A stretch of DNA of 64,000 nt from positions 3,872,001 to 3,936,000 of the forward strand of contig CBDDFZ010000001.1 in NCBI GenBank assembly GCA_965227515.1. Reading direction: 5' to 3'. Made by a program: the position numbers and the translations under genes. Of the stretch, positions 39,271 through 48,622 are shown piece by piece; the first letter of the stretch is position 1; every line of letters starts with the position of its first letter. The notes below the pieces were generated by a model. The model was not told the DNA's origin and made no database searches. It worked only from the letters and a program-made list of their open reading frames with translations. This stretch comes from Alphaproteobacteria bacterium (GTDB taxonomy: Bacteria; Pseudomonadota; Alphaproteobacteria; CALKHQ01).

Positions 39271-40379
39271 GCCGCTTCCAATGCCGCCGTCCCGGCCAGT
39301 CGCGCCAGAGCGGACCGCATGGCCGGGTCCAGATAGCGCTCGGCATCCGCCAGATAGCGCGGATACACGGTCAGCCGCTCGGCCAGGTCGTACCCGCGCC
39401 CTTCGGTTACCGCGCGCAGGCGGTCGATGGCCGGCCATGCGCGCTCGGGGTTGATGTGGTCCGGCGTCACCGGCGATACGCCGCCCCAATCGTTGATGCC
39501 GGCATCGATCAGGCCGCCGAACTCCTCCGACAGGTTGGGCGGGGCCTGGATGGAAATCTCCGGGTCGAGCACCAGCCGCGCCGCCGCGACCGTGCGCAGC
39601 ATGTCGCCCATGCTCGGCTCGGGGTGGTCGGCCATCGCCGTGCCCGGTTTGGCGCGGAAGTTCTGGACGATCACCTCCTGGATGTGGCCATGGCGCGCAT
39701 GCGCCTCGCCAATGGCGCGCAGGGTCGCCATCCGCTCCGCCCAGGTCTCGCCGATGCCGATCAGGATGCCGGTGGTGAAGGGAACGTGCGCCTGCCCTGC
39801 CCGCTCCAGCGTGCGCAGCCGCTGCACCGGCACCTTGTCCGGGCAGGCATGGTGCGCCATGCCCGGCTCGAGCAGCCGGCGGGAGGTGCTTTCCAGCATC
39901 ATCCCCATGCTGCCGCTGACGGCGCGCAAGGCGGCGATCTCGTCGTCGTCCAGGGTGCCGGCGTTGACGTGCGGGATCAGCCCGGTTTCACGCAGCACCA
40001 GCTTGCACATCTCGACCAGATATCCGGTCATCGAGGCGTGGCCGAGCAGGTCGAGGGCGGCGCGCGCCTGGGGGTATTTGCGCTCCGGCTTCTCGCCCAG
40101 GCTGAACAGCGCCTCCTTGCAGCCGGCCCGGCGCCCCTCCTCCGCCACCGCAAGCACCTGCTCCGGCATCATGATGTTGGCGCCCGGCGTGCCTGGCTGC
40201 TTGACGAACGCGCAATAACCGCAGGTGTCGCGGCACATGGTGGTCAGCGGAATGAAAACCTTGCGCGAGTAGGTGATCGTGCAGCCCCAGGCATCGTCGC
40301 GCACCGCCGCCGCCTCGGCACACAATGCCGTCAGGTCGGCTCGTTCGAGCATGTCATCGGAATACGCTTCACCCCTCAT
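39267..40379 (-). CDS. cofG: FO synthase subunit CofG (radical SAM)
   Basis: ITYSRKVFIPLTTMCRDTCGYC, GMMLE, IQAPPNL and DWGGVSP. Confidence 0.93.
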   Translation of the reverse strand: MRGEAYSDDMLERADLTALCAEAAAVRDDAWGCTITYSRKVFIPLTTMCRDTCGYCAFVKQPGTPGANIMMPEQVLAVAEEGRRAGCKEALFSLGEKPERKYPQARAALDLLGHASMTGYLVEMCKLVLRETGLIPHVNAGTLDDDEIAALRAVSGSMGMMLESTSRRLLEPGMAHHACPDKVPVQRLRTLERAGQAHVPFTTGILIGIGETWAERMATLRAIGEAHARHGHIQEVIVQNFRAKPGTAMADHPEPSMGDMLRTVAAARLVLDPEISIQAPPNLSEEFGGLIDAGINDWGGVSPVTPDHINPERAWPAIDRLRAVTEGRGYDLAERLTVYPRYLADAERYLDPAMRSALARLAGTAALEAA

Positions 40380-40436
40380 CGCCCGAGCATACGACCAGCC
40401 GAATCTCAACCACAACAGGGAATTGGCGTGTTTAGC

Positions 40437-41576
40437 TCATTCCGCCAACAGCTTGCGCGCGACAATCACGCGCATGATCTCGTTGGTGCCCTCCAGGATC
40501 TGGTGCACCCTAAGGTCGCGCACATAGCGCTCGATCGGGAACTCCTTCAGGTAGCCATAGCCGCCGTGGAGCTGAAGCGCTTGGTTGCAGATGTCGAACC
40601 CTGCATCGGTGGCGTGGCGCTTGGCCATCGCGCACAGCATGGTCTTGTCGGGATGGTCTGTGTCCAGGGCCACGGCGGCGCGGTAGACCATCAGCCGCGC
40701 GGCGGCCAGCTCGGTCGCCATGTCGGCGAGCCGGAACTGCAGCGCCTGGAAGTCGGCAAGCGGGCGGCCGAACTGCTTGCGGGTGCCCAAATAGTCGCGG
40801 GCCATGTCGAGGCAGGCCTGGGCGCCGCCCAGCGAGCACGCGCCGATGTTGACCCGGCCGCCGTCGAGCCCGGCCATGGCGTATTTGAAGCCCTCGCCCT
40901 CCGGCCCGATGCGGTTCGCGACCGGAACCTGGCAATCCTCGAACACGACCGCCGCCGTCGGCTGGCTATTCCAGCCGAGCTTCTTCTCTTGCTTGCCGAA
41001 CGATAGCCCCGGCGTGCCGCCCTCCACCACCAGCGCGCTGATCCCGCCGGGCCCATCGTCGCCGGTGCGCACCATCACCATGTAGAGGCCCGACGCCCCG
41101 CCGCCCGAAATGAACGCCTTGCTGCCGTTGACGACGTAGTGGTCGCCGTCGCGCACGGCCCGTGTCGTGAGTGCCGCGGCATCGGACCCCGACCCGGGCT
41201 CGGTCAGGCAATAGCTGGCGAAGCGCTCCATGGTCATCAGGCCGGGCAGCAGCCGGGCGCGCTGGTCGTCGTCGCCGAAGCTGTCGATCATCCAGCCGAC
41301 CATGTTGTGAATGGAGATGAAGGCAGCGGTCGACGGGCAGGCCGCCGCGAGCTGCTCGAAGATCAGCGCCGCCTCGATCCGCCCCAGGCCGCTACCGCCA
41401 TGCTGTTCGACGACGTAGATACCGGCCATGCCCAGGCCGGCGGCCTGTCGCAGCGTGTCCTCAGGGAAGATGCACTCGGCGTCCCACCGGGCCGCGTGCG
41501 GCGCCATCTCGGCAGCGGCGAAATCGCGCGCCATGTCGGCAATGGCGTGCTGGTCCGGGCTGAGGTCGAAGTCCAT
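40437..41576 (-). CDS. Acyl-CoA dehydrogenase (isobutyryl-CoA dehydrogenase-like)
   Basis: [28 protein letters not shown] and [11 protein letters not shown]. Confidence 0.92.
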   Translation of the reverse strand: MDFDLSPDQHAIADMARDFAAAEMAPHAARWDAECIFPEDTLRQAAGLGMAGIYVVEQHGGSGLGRIEAALIFEQLAAACPSTAAFISIHNMVGWMIDSFGDDDQRARLLPGLMTMERFASYCLTEPGSGSDAAALTTRAVRDGDHYVVNGSKAFISGGGASGLYMVMVRTGDDGPGGISALVVEGGTPGLSFGKQEKKLGWNSQPTAAVVFEDCQVPVANRIGPEGEGFKYAMAGLDGGRVNIGACSLGGAQACLDMARDYLGTRKQFGRPLADFQALQFRLADMATELAAARLMVYRAAVALDTDHPDKTMLCAMAKRHATDAGFDICNQALQLHGGYGYLKEFPIERYVRDLRVHQILEGTNEIMRVIVARKLLAE

Positions 41577-41646
41577 GGCGGGGATTATGGCATTGCCGCG
41601 CGGCCAAGTCAGTGGTCGGCAGGGCGTCGGTCTGCCAACCTCTCCA

Positions 41647-41751
41647 GTCAGGCCCGGGCCGGCCCACTACCAGGGGCCGAGTCCCGGGTATCCACGTCTT
41701 GGCAACGGCTGACGCAAGTCGTGGATGCGCGGATCAAGTCCGCGCATGACG
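41647..41751. repeat. CGTC-tagged REP doublet F (left arm degenerate, enlarged loop)
   Basis: Right arm CGTGG-ATGCGCGGA-TCAAG-TCCGCGCAT-GACG (41720-41751) is identical to the right arm of doublet G. Confidence 0.8.
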
Positions 41752-41770
41752 GTCTGAATAGATCAGCCCG

Positions 41771-42982
41771 TCAGTTCGGCAGTCGGAACAGCGGCCTGAT
41801 GCGGGTGCCGAGCAGGTTGCCGAGGAACGCGGAGGCAAGCCACAGCCAGCCGTGCACGCTGCCCGACGACACCCCGCTGAAGAACGCGCCGATGTTGCAG
41901 CCGAAGGCAAGCCGGGCGCCATAGCCCAGCATCAGCCCGCCGATCACCGCCGCCACGATGGAACGCAGCGGGATGCGCCATGTCGGCGCGTACTTGCCGG
42001 CCAGCCCCGCCGCCAGCAGTGCGCCCAGCATGATGCCGAAATTCATCACCGAGGTGGTGTCGTTGAAGACGCTCGCCTCCAGCCGGCCGGTCTGGTTCTG
42101 CCAGTACGACCACGCGGCGACGTCGATACCGGCGGCGTCGAACCACTTGCCGCCCCACAGCGCGAACGCCGAGGTGACACCCCAGGGGCGGCCGGCCAGC
42201 AACAGGGTCGCGAAGTTCAGCACCGCCAGCGCCAGTGCGCCGGCCAGCAGCGGCCATGGCCCGCGCAGCATGCGCCGCCACAACGGGCCTTCGCCGAAGG
42301 TCGAGGTGATGGAGGCAAGCTTGCCGTGGCGACGCCGCTCGATCCAGACCGCCAGCGCCGCGATGGCAGCGAACAACGCCAGGTTTAGCACCAGGGCGGG
42401 CAGCCAGCCGAACTCGCGCACCATCGAGATCCGCCCCAGCGACGGCAGGTCGTACCACCAGTTTAGGTGATGGGTCGCCAGAACCGAGCCGATGACGAAG
42501 AACACCAGCGTGATCACCATGCGGCTGTTGCCGCCGCCAACGGTGAACAGCGTGCCCGAGGCGCAGGCCCCGCCGAGTTGCATGCCGATGCCGAAGATGA
42601 AGGCGCCGACCAGCACCGCGGTGCCCACCGGATTGACGAAACCGAACACGCGCTGGCCGAATATCTCGCCGGCCGACAGCACCGGGAAGAACAGCAGCAC
42701 CGCCAGCGCCAGCATGGCCATTTGCGCGCGCAGGCCGGCGCCCTTGCCGTTCAGGATCAGGTTGCGCCACGATCCCGTAAACCCGAAGCTGGCGTGATAG
42801 AGGGTCAGCCCGAGCAGCGCGCCAACGATGTAGAGCGCGCCGCGCCGCCAACCGTATTCGCTGCCCAGGTAGAATGCGCCGACGGCCAGCAGCGTCGCCG
42901 CCAGCCCGATGGCGAACGGGTTGCGGTTCTGCTGCCAGAAGCTTGGCAGGGCCTGCGGGGCATCGGCGGTGCTGATCGACAT
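41771..42982 (-). CDS. YeeE/YedE family sulfur-compound transporter
   Basis: FGIGMQLGGACASG and GYGARLAFGCNIG. Confidence 0.9.
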   Translation of the reverse strand: MSISTADAPQALPSFWQQNRNPFAIGLAATLLAVGAFYLGSEYGWRRGALYIVGALLGLTLYHASFGFTGSWRNLILNGKGAGLRAQMAMLALAVLLFFPVLSAGEIFGQRVFGFVNPVGTAVLVGAFIFGIGMQLGGACASGTLFTVGGGNSRMVITLVFFVIGSVLATHHLNWWYDLPSLGRISMVREFGWLPALVLNLALFAAIAALAVWIERRRHGKLASITSTFGEGPLWRRMLRGPWPLLAGALALAVLNFATLLLAGRPWGVTSAFALWGGKWFDAAGIDVAAWSYWQNQTGRLEASVFNDTTSVMNFGIMLGALLAAGLAGKYAPTWRIPLRSIVAAVIGGLMLGYGARLAFGCNIGAFFSGVSSGSVHGWLWLASAFLGNLLGTRIRPLFRLPN

Positions 42983-43312
42983 CGGAACCTTGGGCGTCGG
43001 TGTGGCGTTGCTTATTGCGCCAGATGCAGCGGCATCGGCACTGACAACGTCTCAATAGTGCGTGACGGGCGCGCCGGCCAGTGCTCGCCCAGCAAATCCT
43101 TCACGCAGGATTGAGCATTGCTGTTTCGCACCCGCCGAACCGCGGGTCTATTCGTTTGCCGCTTACGCTGAGTCGGCGCCAGCCCGCACCCCCACCCAAC
43201 CGCCCCATTGTCACAATCACCGGGCGGATGGGTGGGGGCGTGGGCTGGCGCAGATCAAACCAAGAGCGGCCTAGCGTGGCGGCCACAAACAAACTGCCGG
43301 AGAGGGATCGTG

Positions 43313-43801
43313 ATGTTGAAGAGAATTGCGCTGGCGGCATGCCTGCTCGCCGCCCCCCAGTTCGCCGCCCTGCCGTCCGCGGTCGCGATGGAGCCGCACA
43401 ACTTCCCCTATGATGGCGTCGTCATCCTGCAGTCGGGCCACAACTTCGGCACTATGTACGACCGCATGGTGCAGTCGATCCAGGACCACGAGATGCTGGT
43501 GCTGGCCAGGCCCAGCGCCAGCCGGGGCGCCGCCGGTCGCGGCATCGAAATCCCCGGCAATGCGGTGTTCGAGACCTATCGCAACGACTTCGCGGTGCGC
43601 ATGCTGGAGGCGAGCATCCCGGCGGGCATCGAGGCGCCGCTGCGCTATTACCTGACCGAGAACGAGGACGGCACCACGACGCTGATCTACCGCGCGCCGT
43701 CGGCCGTGTTTGCGCCGTATGACAGCGACGCGCTGGACGAGATGGCCGCCGAACTGGACGACATCCTGGGATCCATCGCCGCCCAGGCGGTCGGGGAGTA
43801 G
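43313..43801 (+). CDS. DUF302-like secreted protein
   Basis: Signal peptide; AGIEAPLRYYLTEN.DG...YRAPS...ELD pattern. Confidence 0.75.
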   Translation: MLKRIALAACLLAAPQFAALPSAVAMEPHNFPYDGVVILQSGHNFGTMYDRMVQSIQDHEMLVLARPSASRGAAGRGIEIPGNAVFETYRNDFAVRMLEASIPAGIEAPLRYYLTENEDGTTTLIYRAPSAVFAPYDSDALDEMAAELDDILGSIAAQAVGE

Positions 43802-43809
43802 GTACTAAG

Positions 43810-44039
43810 CCCCTCTCCCCGCCGCGCAGCGGTGCGGGAGAGGAAGGGGCCCAGCCGGAGGCTGGGAAGGTGAGGGGCGCGGCGCGATCGGTCGCGATCT
43901 CACTTTCATGGCGGCAAGAGGGTGTTTTCTTGCCTGCAGTGCGGTGAAGTTTCATCCACCGGCGACTTGGCCCTCACCCTCCCAGCCGGCTATGCCGGCC
44001 GGGCCCCTCCCTCTCCCGCGCGTTCCGCTGGGAGAGGGG
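43810..44039. repeat. Second palindromic element family (CCCCTCTCCC...GGGAGAGG / CCCTCACCC) doublet
   Basis: 43810-43878 and 43970-44039 are imperfect inverted copies, each with internal hairpins. Confidence 0.75.
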
Positions 44040-45366
44040 AATTAGCAACCGCATCGAACGTGGGCAGGGTGCCCGGAGGCGGCGGCGATTTCGGCGGCTT
44101 GGCACCCTGCTTCTTCCAGGGCGACGCCTTGATGAACGCCAGCAGGTAGGCGATGGCGATCAGCATGGCGATCCAGAACGCGTTGACCAGCAGCACGATC
44201 CAGTTGGCGATCTCGTCATGGTCCTCGCCGAACTGGTCGAGCATCACCCCGGCCAGCCGCGAGAACGTCATCGAGCACAGGAAGATCGGCAGCGATTGTT
44301 GGCCGCACTGGGCGATGGGCCGCGCCCAGGCCATCTTCAGCCAGTGGTGCCGCCCGCGCAGCAACAGCACCACGATGTAGGCCAGCGCCAGGAAGTGCAG
44401 GTAGCGCAGGATCCACAGATTGGTCTTCGGGAAGCCAGGCTGCCCGTCCACCGCGCGCGGGTAGAGGTGGTACCAGAACCCCTGGTAGTCGGGGCCCAGC
44501 GGCGCGCCGGTCCACCACACCACCAGCGGCTGCCAGATATCCTCCTCAATGAACGGCCGGATCTGGAGCTTGCGCCACAACAGCGCGCTGACGATCAGGT
44601 ACGCCACGCACAGCACGATCAGCCACACGCGCGGCTTCGGCGCCTTCAGCCAGCCGACCGACAGCGCCAGCCCGGTGAAGAAGATCAACTGCCAGCCGAA
44701 CGGGTTGAAGAACCACGCCCGGTCGACGTCCGGCCGCACCTCGGCGGGGAACTGCAGTTCGGCCGACCAGTCGTTGACGCCGGCCCACCAGTTGTAGGCG
44801 TAGAGCAGCACGCAGGCGCCCAGCGCCAGCCACGGGTGCACCCGCCCCAGCGCCATGAACACCGGGATCATGGTCAGGATCACGATGTACATCGGCAGGA
44901 TGTCGAAATAGTTCGGCACGTAGTTCAGCGTGAACAGGCCGACCAGGGCATCCGCCGTGTGCTCGAAGAAGTAGTAGAGGTTGAGCTGGCCGACATAGTC
45001 GCCTGTCGTGAACCAGCGGGTCGCCACCACCATGAAAAGCGTGATGAAAAAGAACATCAGCAGGTGGGCGACATAGACCTGCCAGGCCCGGAACCCGATG
45101 CGGATCGTGCCCACCACCCAGCCGGCGCGCAGGTAGATGGTGCCGAATGCGATGCCGGCCGCGAAGCCGGACATGAACACGAACATCTCGGTCGCGTCGC
45201 TGAAGCCGAACACTGCCGGAATCCAGCGCTTCGGCCAGTTGTCCGGCACATGCGCGATGAAGATGATGATGAACGCCAACCCACGGAAGAAGTCGATCCG
45301 GGGATCGCGTTCCTTCTTGGCAGGCGCCACCGGGGCAGCGGGGGCGGCGGGCGATGCGGTGCTCAT
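43990..45366 (-). CDS. OpgC domain membrane protein (glucan succinyltransferase-like)
   Basis: RDPRIDFFRG, GFSDATEMFVFMSG, YFDILPMY and FNPFGWQ. Confidence 0.88.
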   Translation of the reverse strand: MSTASPAAPAAPVAPAKKERDPRIDFFRGLAFIIIFIAHVPDNWPKRWIPAVFGFSDATEMFVFMSGFAAGIAFGTIYLRAGWVVGTIRIGFRAWQVYVAHLLMFFFITLFMVVATRWFTTGDYVGQLNLYYFFEHTADALVGLFTLNYVPNYFDILPMYIVILTMIPVFMALGRVHPWLALGACVLLYAYNWWAGVNDWSAELQFPAEVRPDVDRAWFFNPFGWQLIFFTGLALSVGWLKAPKPRVWLIVLCVAYLIVSALLWRKLQIRPFIEEDIWQPLVVWWTGAPLGPDYQGFWYHLYPRAVDGQPGFPKTNLWILRYLHFLALAYIVVLLLRGRHHWLKMAWARPIAQCGQQSLPIFLCSMTFSRLAGVMLDQFGEDHDEIANWIVLLVNAFWIAMLIAIAYLLAFIKASPWKKQGAKPPKSPPPPGTLPTFDAVANSPLPAERAGEGGARPA

Positions 45367-45423
45367 TCAGCGTGATGTATCGCTATGGCGCTACGCGCCA
45401 ACACCATTTCCGCGCGCACCACA

Positions 45424-47061
45424 TCAAAACGCACCGTCATAGGCGCGGCGGCCGATCCGGCAGGCAATCACCGTGAAGCTATCGCGTTGCATTGCGGTCC
45501 TTATCTCGTCGGCCAGCGCACCGGCGTCGTTGACCGTCGCGCCCACGCCACCCATGGCGTTGGCCACCGCCTCGAAATCGGTGGCGTTGAAGTCGACGGC
45601 CACGTTCGGCAACTGGGCGCGGCGCTGCTTCAGTTCTATGAGGCCGAGTTGATCGTCGACCAACACAATGACGATCACAGGCGCGTCAAGCTCGCGCGCG
45701 GTCGCCAGCTCGCCCAGTACCATCTCCAGGCCGGCGTCGCCGACGAAGGCGGCCACCGGCCGTCCGGGCGCCGCCAGCCTCGCGCCGATGGCCAGCGGCA
45801 CCGCGCAGCCCATGGTGCAGAGGCCCGTCGACTGCAACAGGCCGCGCGGCGCGTGGCAGGTCCACATCTGGCTGAGCAGGATGCGATGCGCGCCGCTGTC
45901 GGCGGTGACCACGGCATCGGCCGGCAGCACCTCGCGCGCGGTGCGGAACACCGCATGCGCGCCCCATTCCGTCGGCGGCGCGAATGCCTCGGCCAGCGCC
46001 TGACGGACCTTGGCCGGCGCACCGTCCGCCCAGACCGGGCGCGGCGTGACGCCGTCGGTCAATGCCTTCAGTCCCGCGCCGGTGTGGCAGACGAAGCTCA
46101 TCGTCGGCTGGTGCATGTAGTGCGTATTCGCCTCGGCCACCAGGTCGATCATTGGCACGCTCTCGGGCCAGGGCCGCCGCCAGCCGGCGCGCATCTCGAT
46201 CGGGTCGTAGCCGACCGCCAGCACCAGATCCGCCTCGGCGAACAGCGGCAGCAACAGGGCATCTGCCTTGGGGGAAAGCCCGGCGCCGCCGAGCACGTTG
46301 TCCCGCGCCTCGTCGACGATGCCCTTGGCCTTGTAGGTGGTGACCACCGGCCAGCCGAACCGGTCGTTGAATGCCGCGACCTCCGCCTCCGCGCCATCGT
46401 TCAGCGCGTCAACGCCGACCAGCAGGATCGGGCGCTCGGCGCCGGCCACCAGCTCGCGCGCGGCTTCCAGGTCCGGCCCGGCGGGCGCGGTGCGCGGCCG
46501 GGCGCGCTTGCCCGCCACCGGTCCATTGGCCACCGCCTTCGCATCGGCGACGCCAATCGGCAGGTCGACATGGACCGGGCCCGGCCGTCCGCTGGTCGCG
46601 ATGGACAGCGCCTTGTCGATGATGACGTCGGCCGCACCGTCGGCCACGGTCAGCGACGCCTTGGTCACCGCGCCCAGCAGGCGGGTGTGGTCGAAGACCT
46701 GGTGGGTGTAGGTTGCGGCCTCGGCCGGGTCGACGCAGCCGGTCAGGAAAATCATCGGCACCCGGTCCTGCCAGGCATTGGCCACGACATTGACCGCGTT
46801 GGCCACGCCGGGCCCGATGGTCGCCACCAGAACCGCCGGCGCGCCGGTCATGTGGTGCGTGCCCTCGGCCATGAAGCCGCCGGCGTTCTCGTGCTTGCAC
46901 AGCAGCACCTTGATGCCGGCCGCCCGCAGCGCCTCGCACAGGGTCAGCACCTCACCGCCGGGAATACCGAACGCGAAGCGGCAGCCCTGTTCGGCCAGCC
47001 GTCGGGCAATGATGTCGGCATTGTTGGCCGTGGTGGCGGCCCGGTCGTTCTGCTCGGTCAA
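45424..47061 (-). CDS. Thiamine diphosphate-dependent enzyme (acetolactate synthase-like)
   Basis: FGIPGG, KHENAGGFMAEG, GPG, RPGPV and GDAG; TTG start with GGAG RBS. Confidence 0.88.
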   Translation of the reverse strand: MTEQNDRAATTANNADIIARRLAEQGCRFAFGIPGGEVLTLCEALRAAGIKVLLCKHENAGGFMAEGTHHMTGAPAVLVATIGPGVANAVNVVANAWQDRVPMIFLTGCVDPAEAATYTHQVFDHTRLLGAVTKASLTVADGAADVIIDKALSIATSGRPGPVHVDLPIGVADAKAVANGPVAGKRARPRTAPAGPDLEAARELVAGAERPILLVGVDALNDGAEAEVAAFNDRFGWPVVTTYKAKGIVDEARDNVLGGAGLSPKADALLLPLFAEADLVLAVGYDPIEMRAGWRRPWPESVPMIDLVAEANTHYMHQPTMSFVCHTGAGLKALTDGVTPRPVWADGAPAKVRQALAEAFAPPTEWGAHAVFRTAREVLPADAVVTADSGAHRILLSQMWTCHAPRGLLQSTGLCTMGCAVPLAIGARLAAPGRPVAAFVGDAGLEMVLGELATARELDAPVIVIVLVDDQLGLIELKQRRAQLPNVAVDFNATDFEAVANAMGGVGATVNDAGALADEIRTAMQRDSFTVIACRIGRRAYDGAF

Positions 47062-47183
47062 GGCGATCTCCGTGTCGATCCGCCGACCACTATGAGCAGG
47101 CCCAGGCCTTGTCAATCCGCCGCGCTGTCGCGCGTGACCAATCATGTTGACGATTACACCGCAGGGCCACTATCGATTTCCCG

Positions 47184-48515
47184 ATGACGGTGGCAGACGA
47201 CAAGACGGTCGCGATCCGCGGGCAGGTGCTGTGGTTCCGCGACGACCCGGCGGTGGCGGGCCGCGACGCCGCGGTGTTCCACGAGGACGGCATCGTCGCG
47301 ATGCGGGACGGGACGATCACTGCATCCGGCGACGCCGGCGAGGTTCGGGCCACATTGGGACCCGACGTCCCGGTGGTGCACTACCCGGACGCGCTGATCG
47401 TGCCCGGTTTCATCGACACCCACATCCACTATCCGCAGGGCGCCATTATCGCCTCCTACGGCGCGCAGCTCCTGGATTGGCTGAACACCTACACCTTCCC
47501 CGAGGAGGCACGGTTCGGCGATGAAGCCTACGCCGCCGCCGCCGCGCGCTTCTTCTGCGACGAGCTGGCGCGCAGCGGCACCACCACGGCCGCGACCTAC
47601 TGCACCGTGCACCCGTCTTCCGTCGATGCCCTGTTCGCCGAGGCGGAAATGCGCGGCATGCGGATGATCGCCGGCAAGGTGATGATGGACCGCAACGCGC
47701 CGCCCGAACTCTGCGACACGGCCGAGGCCAGCTATACCGACAGCAAGGCGCTGATCGCGCGCTGGCATGGGCGCGGGCGGCTGGCCTATGCGGTGACGCC
47801 GCGTTTTGCGATTACCTCCACCCCGGCCCAACTCGACGCCGCCGGCACCCTGATGCGTGAACATGATGGCGTCTATCTGCAGACCCATCTGTCGGAGAAC
47901 GCGGACGAGATCGCCACGGTGCGACAGCTGTTTCCCGACGCGGCCTCCTACGCCGATGTCTATCGCCGCCACGGGCTGATCGGCCCGCGATCGCTGTTCG
48001 GACACTGCGTCCATGTGGACGACGGGGAATGCGCCATGCTGTCGGACGCGGGCGGCGTGGCCGCGCTGTGCCCGACCTCCAACCTGTTCATCGGCTCGGG
48101 CCTGTTCGACATGGCGCATCTGCGCGACCCCGCGCGGCCGGTGCGCACGGCGCTCGCCACCGATGTCGGCGGCGGCACCAGCTTCTCGATGCTGACCACG
48201 CTGTCGGAGGCGTACAAGGTGATGCAGCTTCGCGGCCAGTCGCTGCCGGCGCTGGAGGGCTTCCACATGATCACGCGAGGCAATGCGGCGGCGCTGTCTC
48301 TGGAAGGCACAATCGGCACCCTGGCCGAGGGCGCGGAAGCCGATGCGGTGGTGCTGGACCTGGCCGCGACCCCGTTGCTGCGCCATCGCATCGACGCCGC
48401 CGACGGCGACCTCGACGACATCCTGTTCGCGCTGATGATGCTGGGCGACGACCGCACGGTCCGCGCCACCTATATCGCCGGCCGACTGGCGCACGATCGG
48501 GATGTCACGGGCTAA
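47184..48515 (+). CDS. guaD: Guanine deaminase
   Basis: PGFIDTHIHYPQ, TPRFA, THLSEN, CPTSN and DVGGG. Confidence 0.95.
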   Translation: MTVADDKTVAIRGQVLWFRDDPAVAGRDAAVFHEDGIVAMRDGTITASGDAGEVRATLGPDVPVVHYPDALIVPGFIDTHIHYPQGAIIASYGAQLLDWLNTYTFPEEARFGDEAYAAAAARFFCDELARSGTTTAATYCTVHPSSVDALFAEAEMRGMRMIAGKVMMDRNAPPELCDTAEASYTDSKALIARWHGRGRLAYAVTPRFAITSTPAQLDAAGTLMREHDGVYLQTHLSENADEIATVRQLFPDAASYADVYRRHGLIGPRSLFGHCVHVDDGECAMLSDAGGVAALCPTSNLFIGSGLFDMAHLRDPARPVRTALATDVGGGTSFSMLTTLSEAYKVMQLRGQSLPALEGFHMITRGNAAALSLEGTIGTLAEGAEADAVVLDLAATPLLRHRIDAADGDLDDILFALMMLGDDRTVRATYIAGRLAHDRDVTG

Positions 48516-48522
48516 TTGATGT

Positions 48523-48608
48523 CGTCATGCCCGCACTTGTTGCGGGCATCCACGTCTTTCAGCAGCGGTGGCAAGTCGTGGATGCGCGGATCAAGTCCGC
48601 GCATGACG
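48523..48608. repeat. CGTC-tagged REP doublet G
   Basis: ATGCCCGCA arm and inverted ATGCGCGGA arm between convergent guaD and puuD. Confidence 0.9.
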
Positions 48609-48622
48609 CACTTGTTGGATAC

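Noticed and set aside
39192-47187. Long antisense ORFs such as 39192-41006 and 45385-47187 (similar ones occur throughout the window)
   Set aside because: They are shadows of real opposite-strand genes in high-GC DNA and carry no recognisable motifs.
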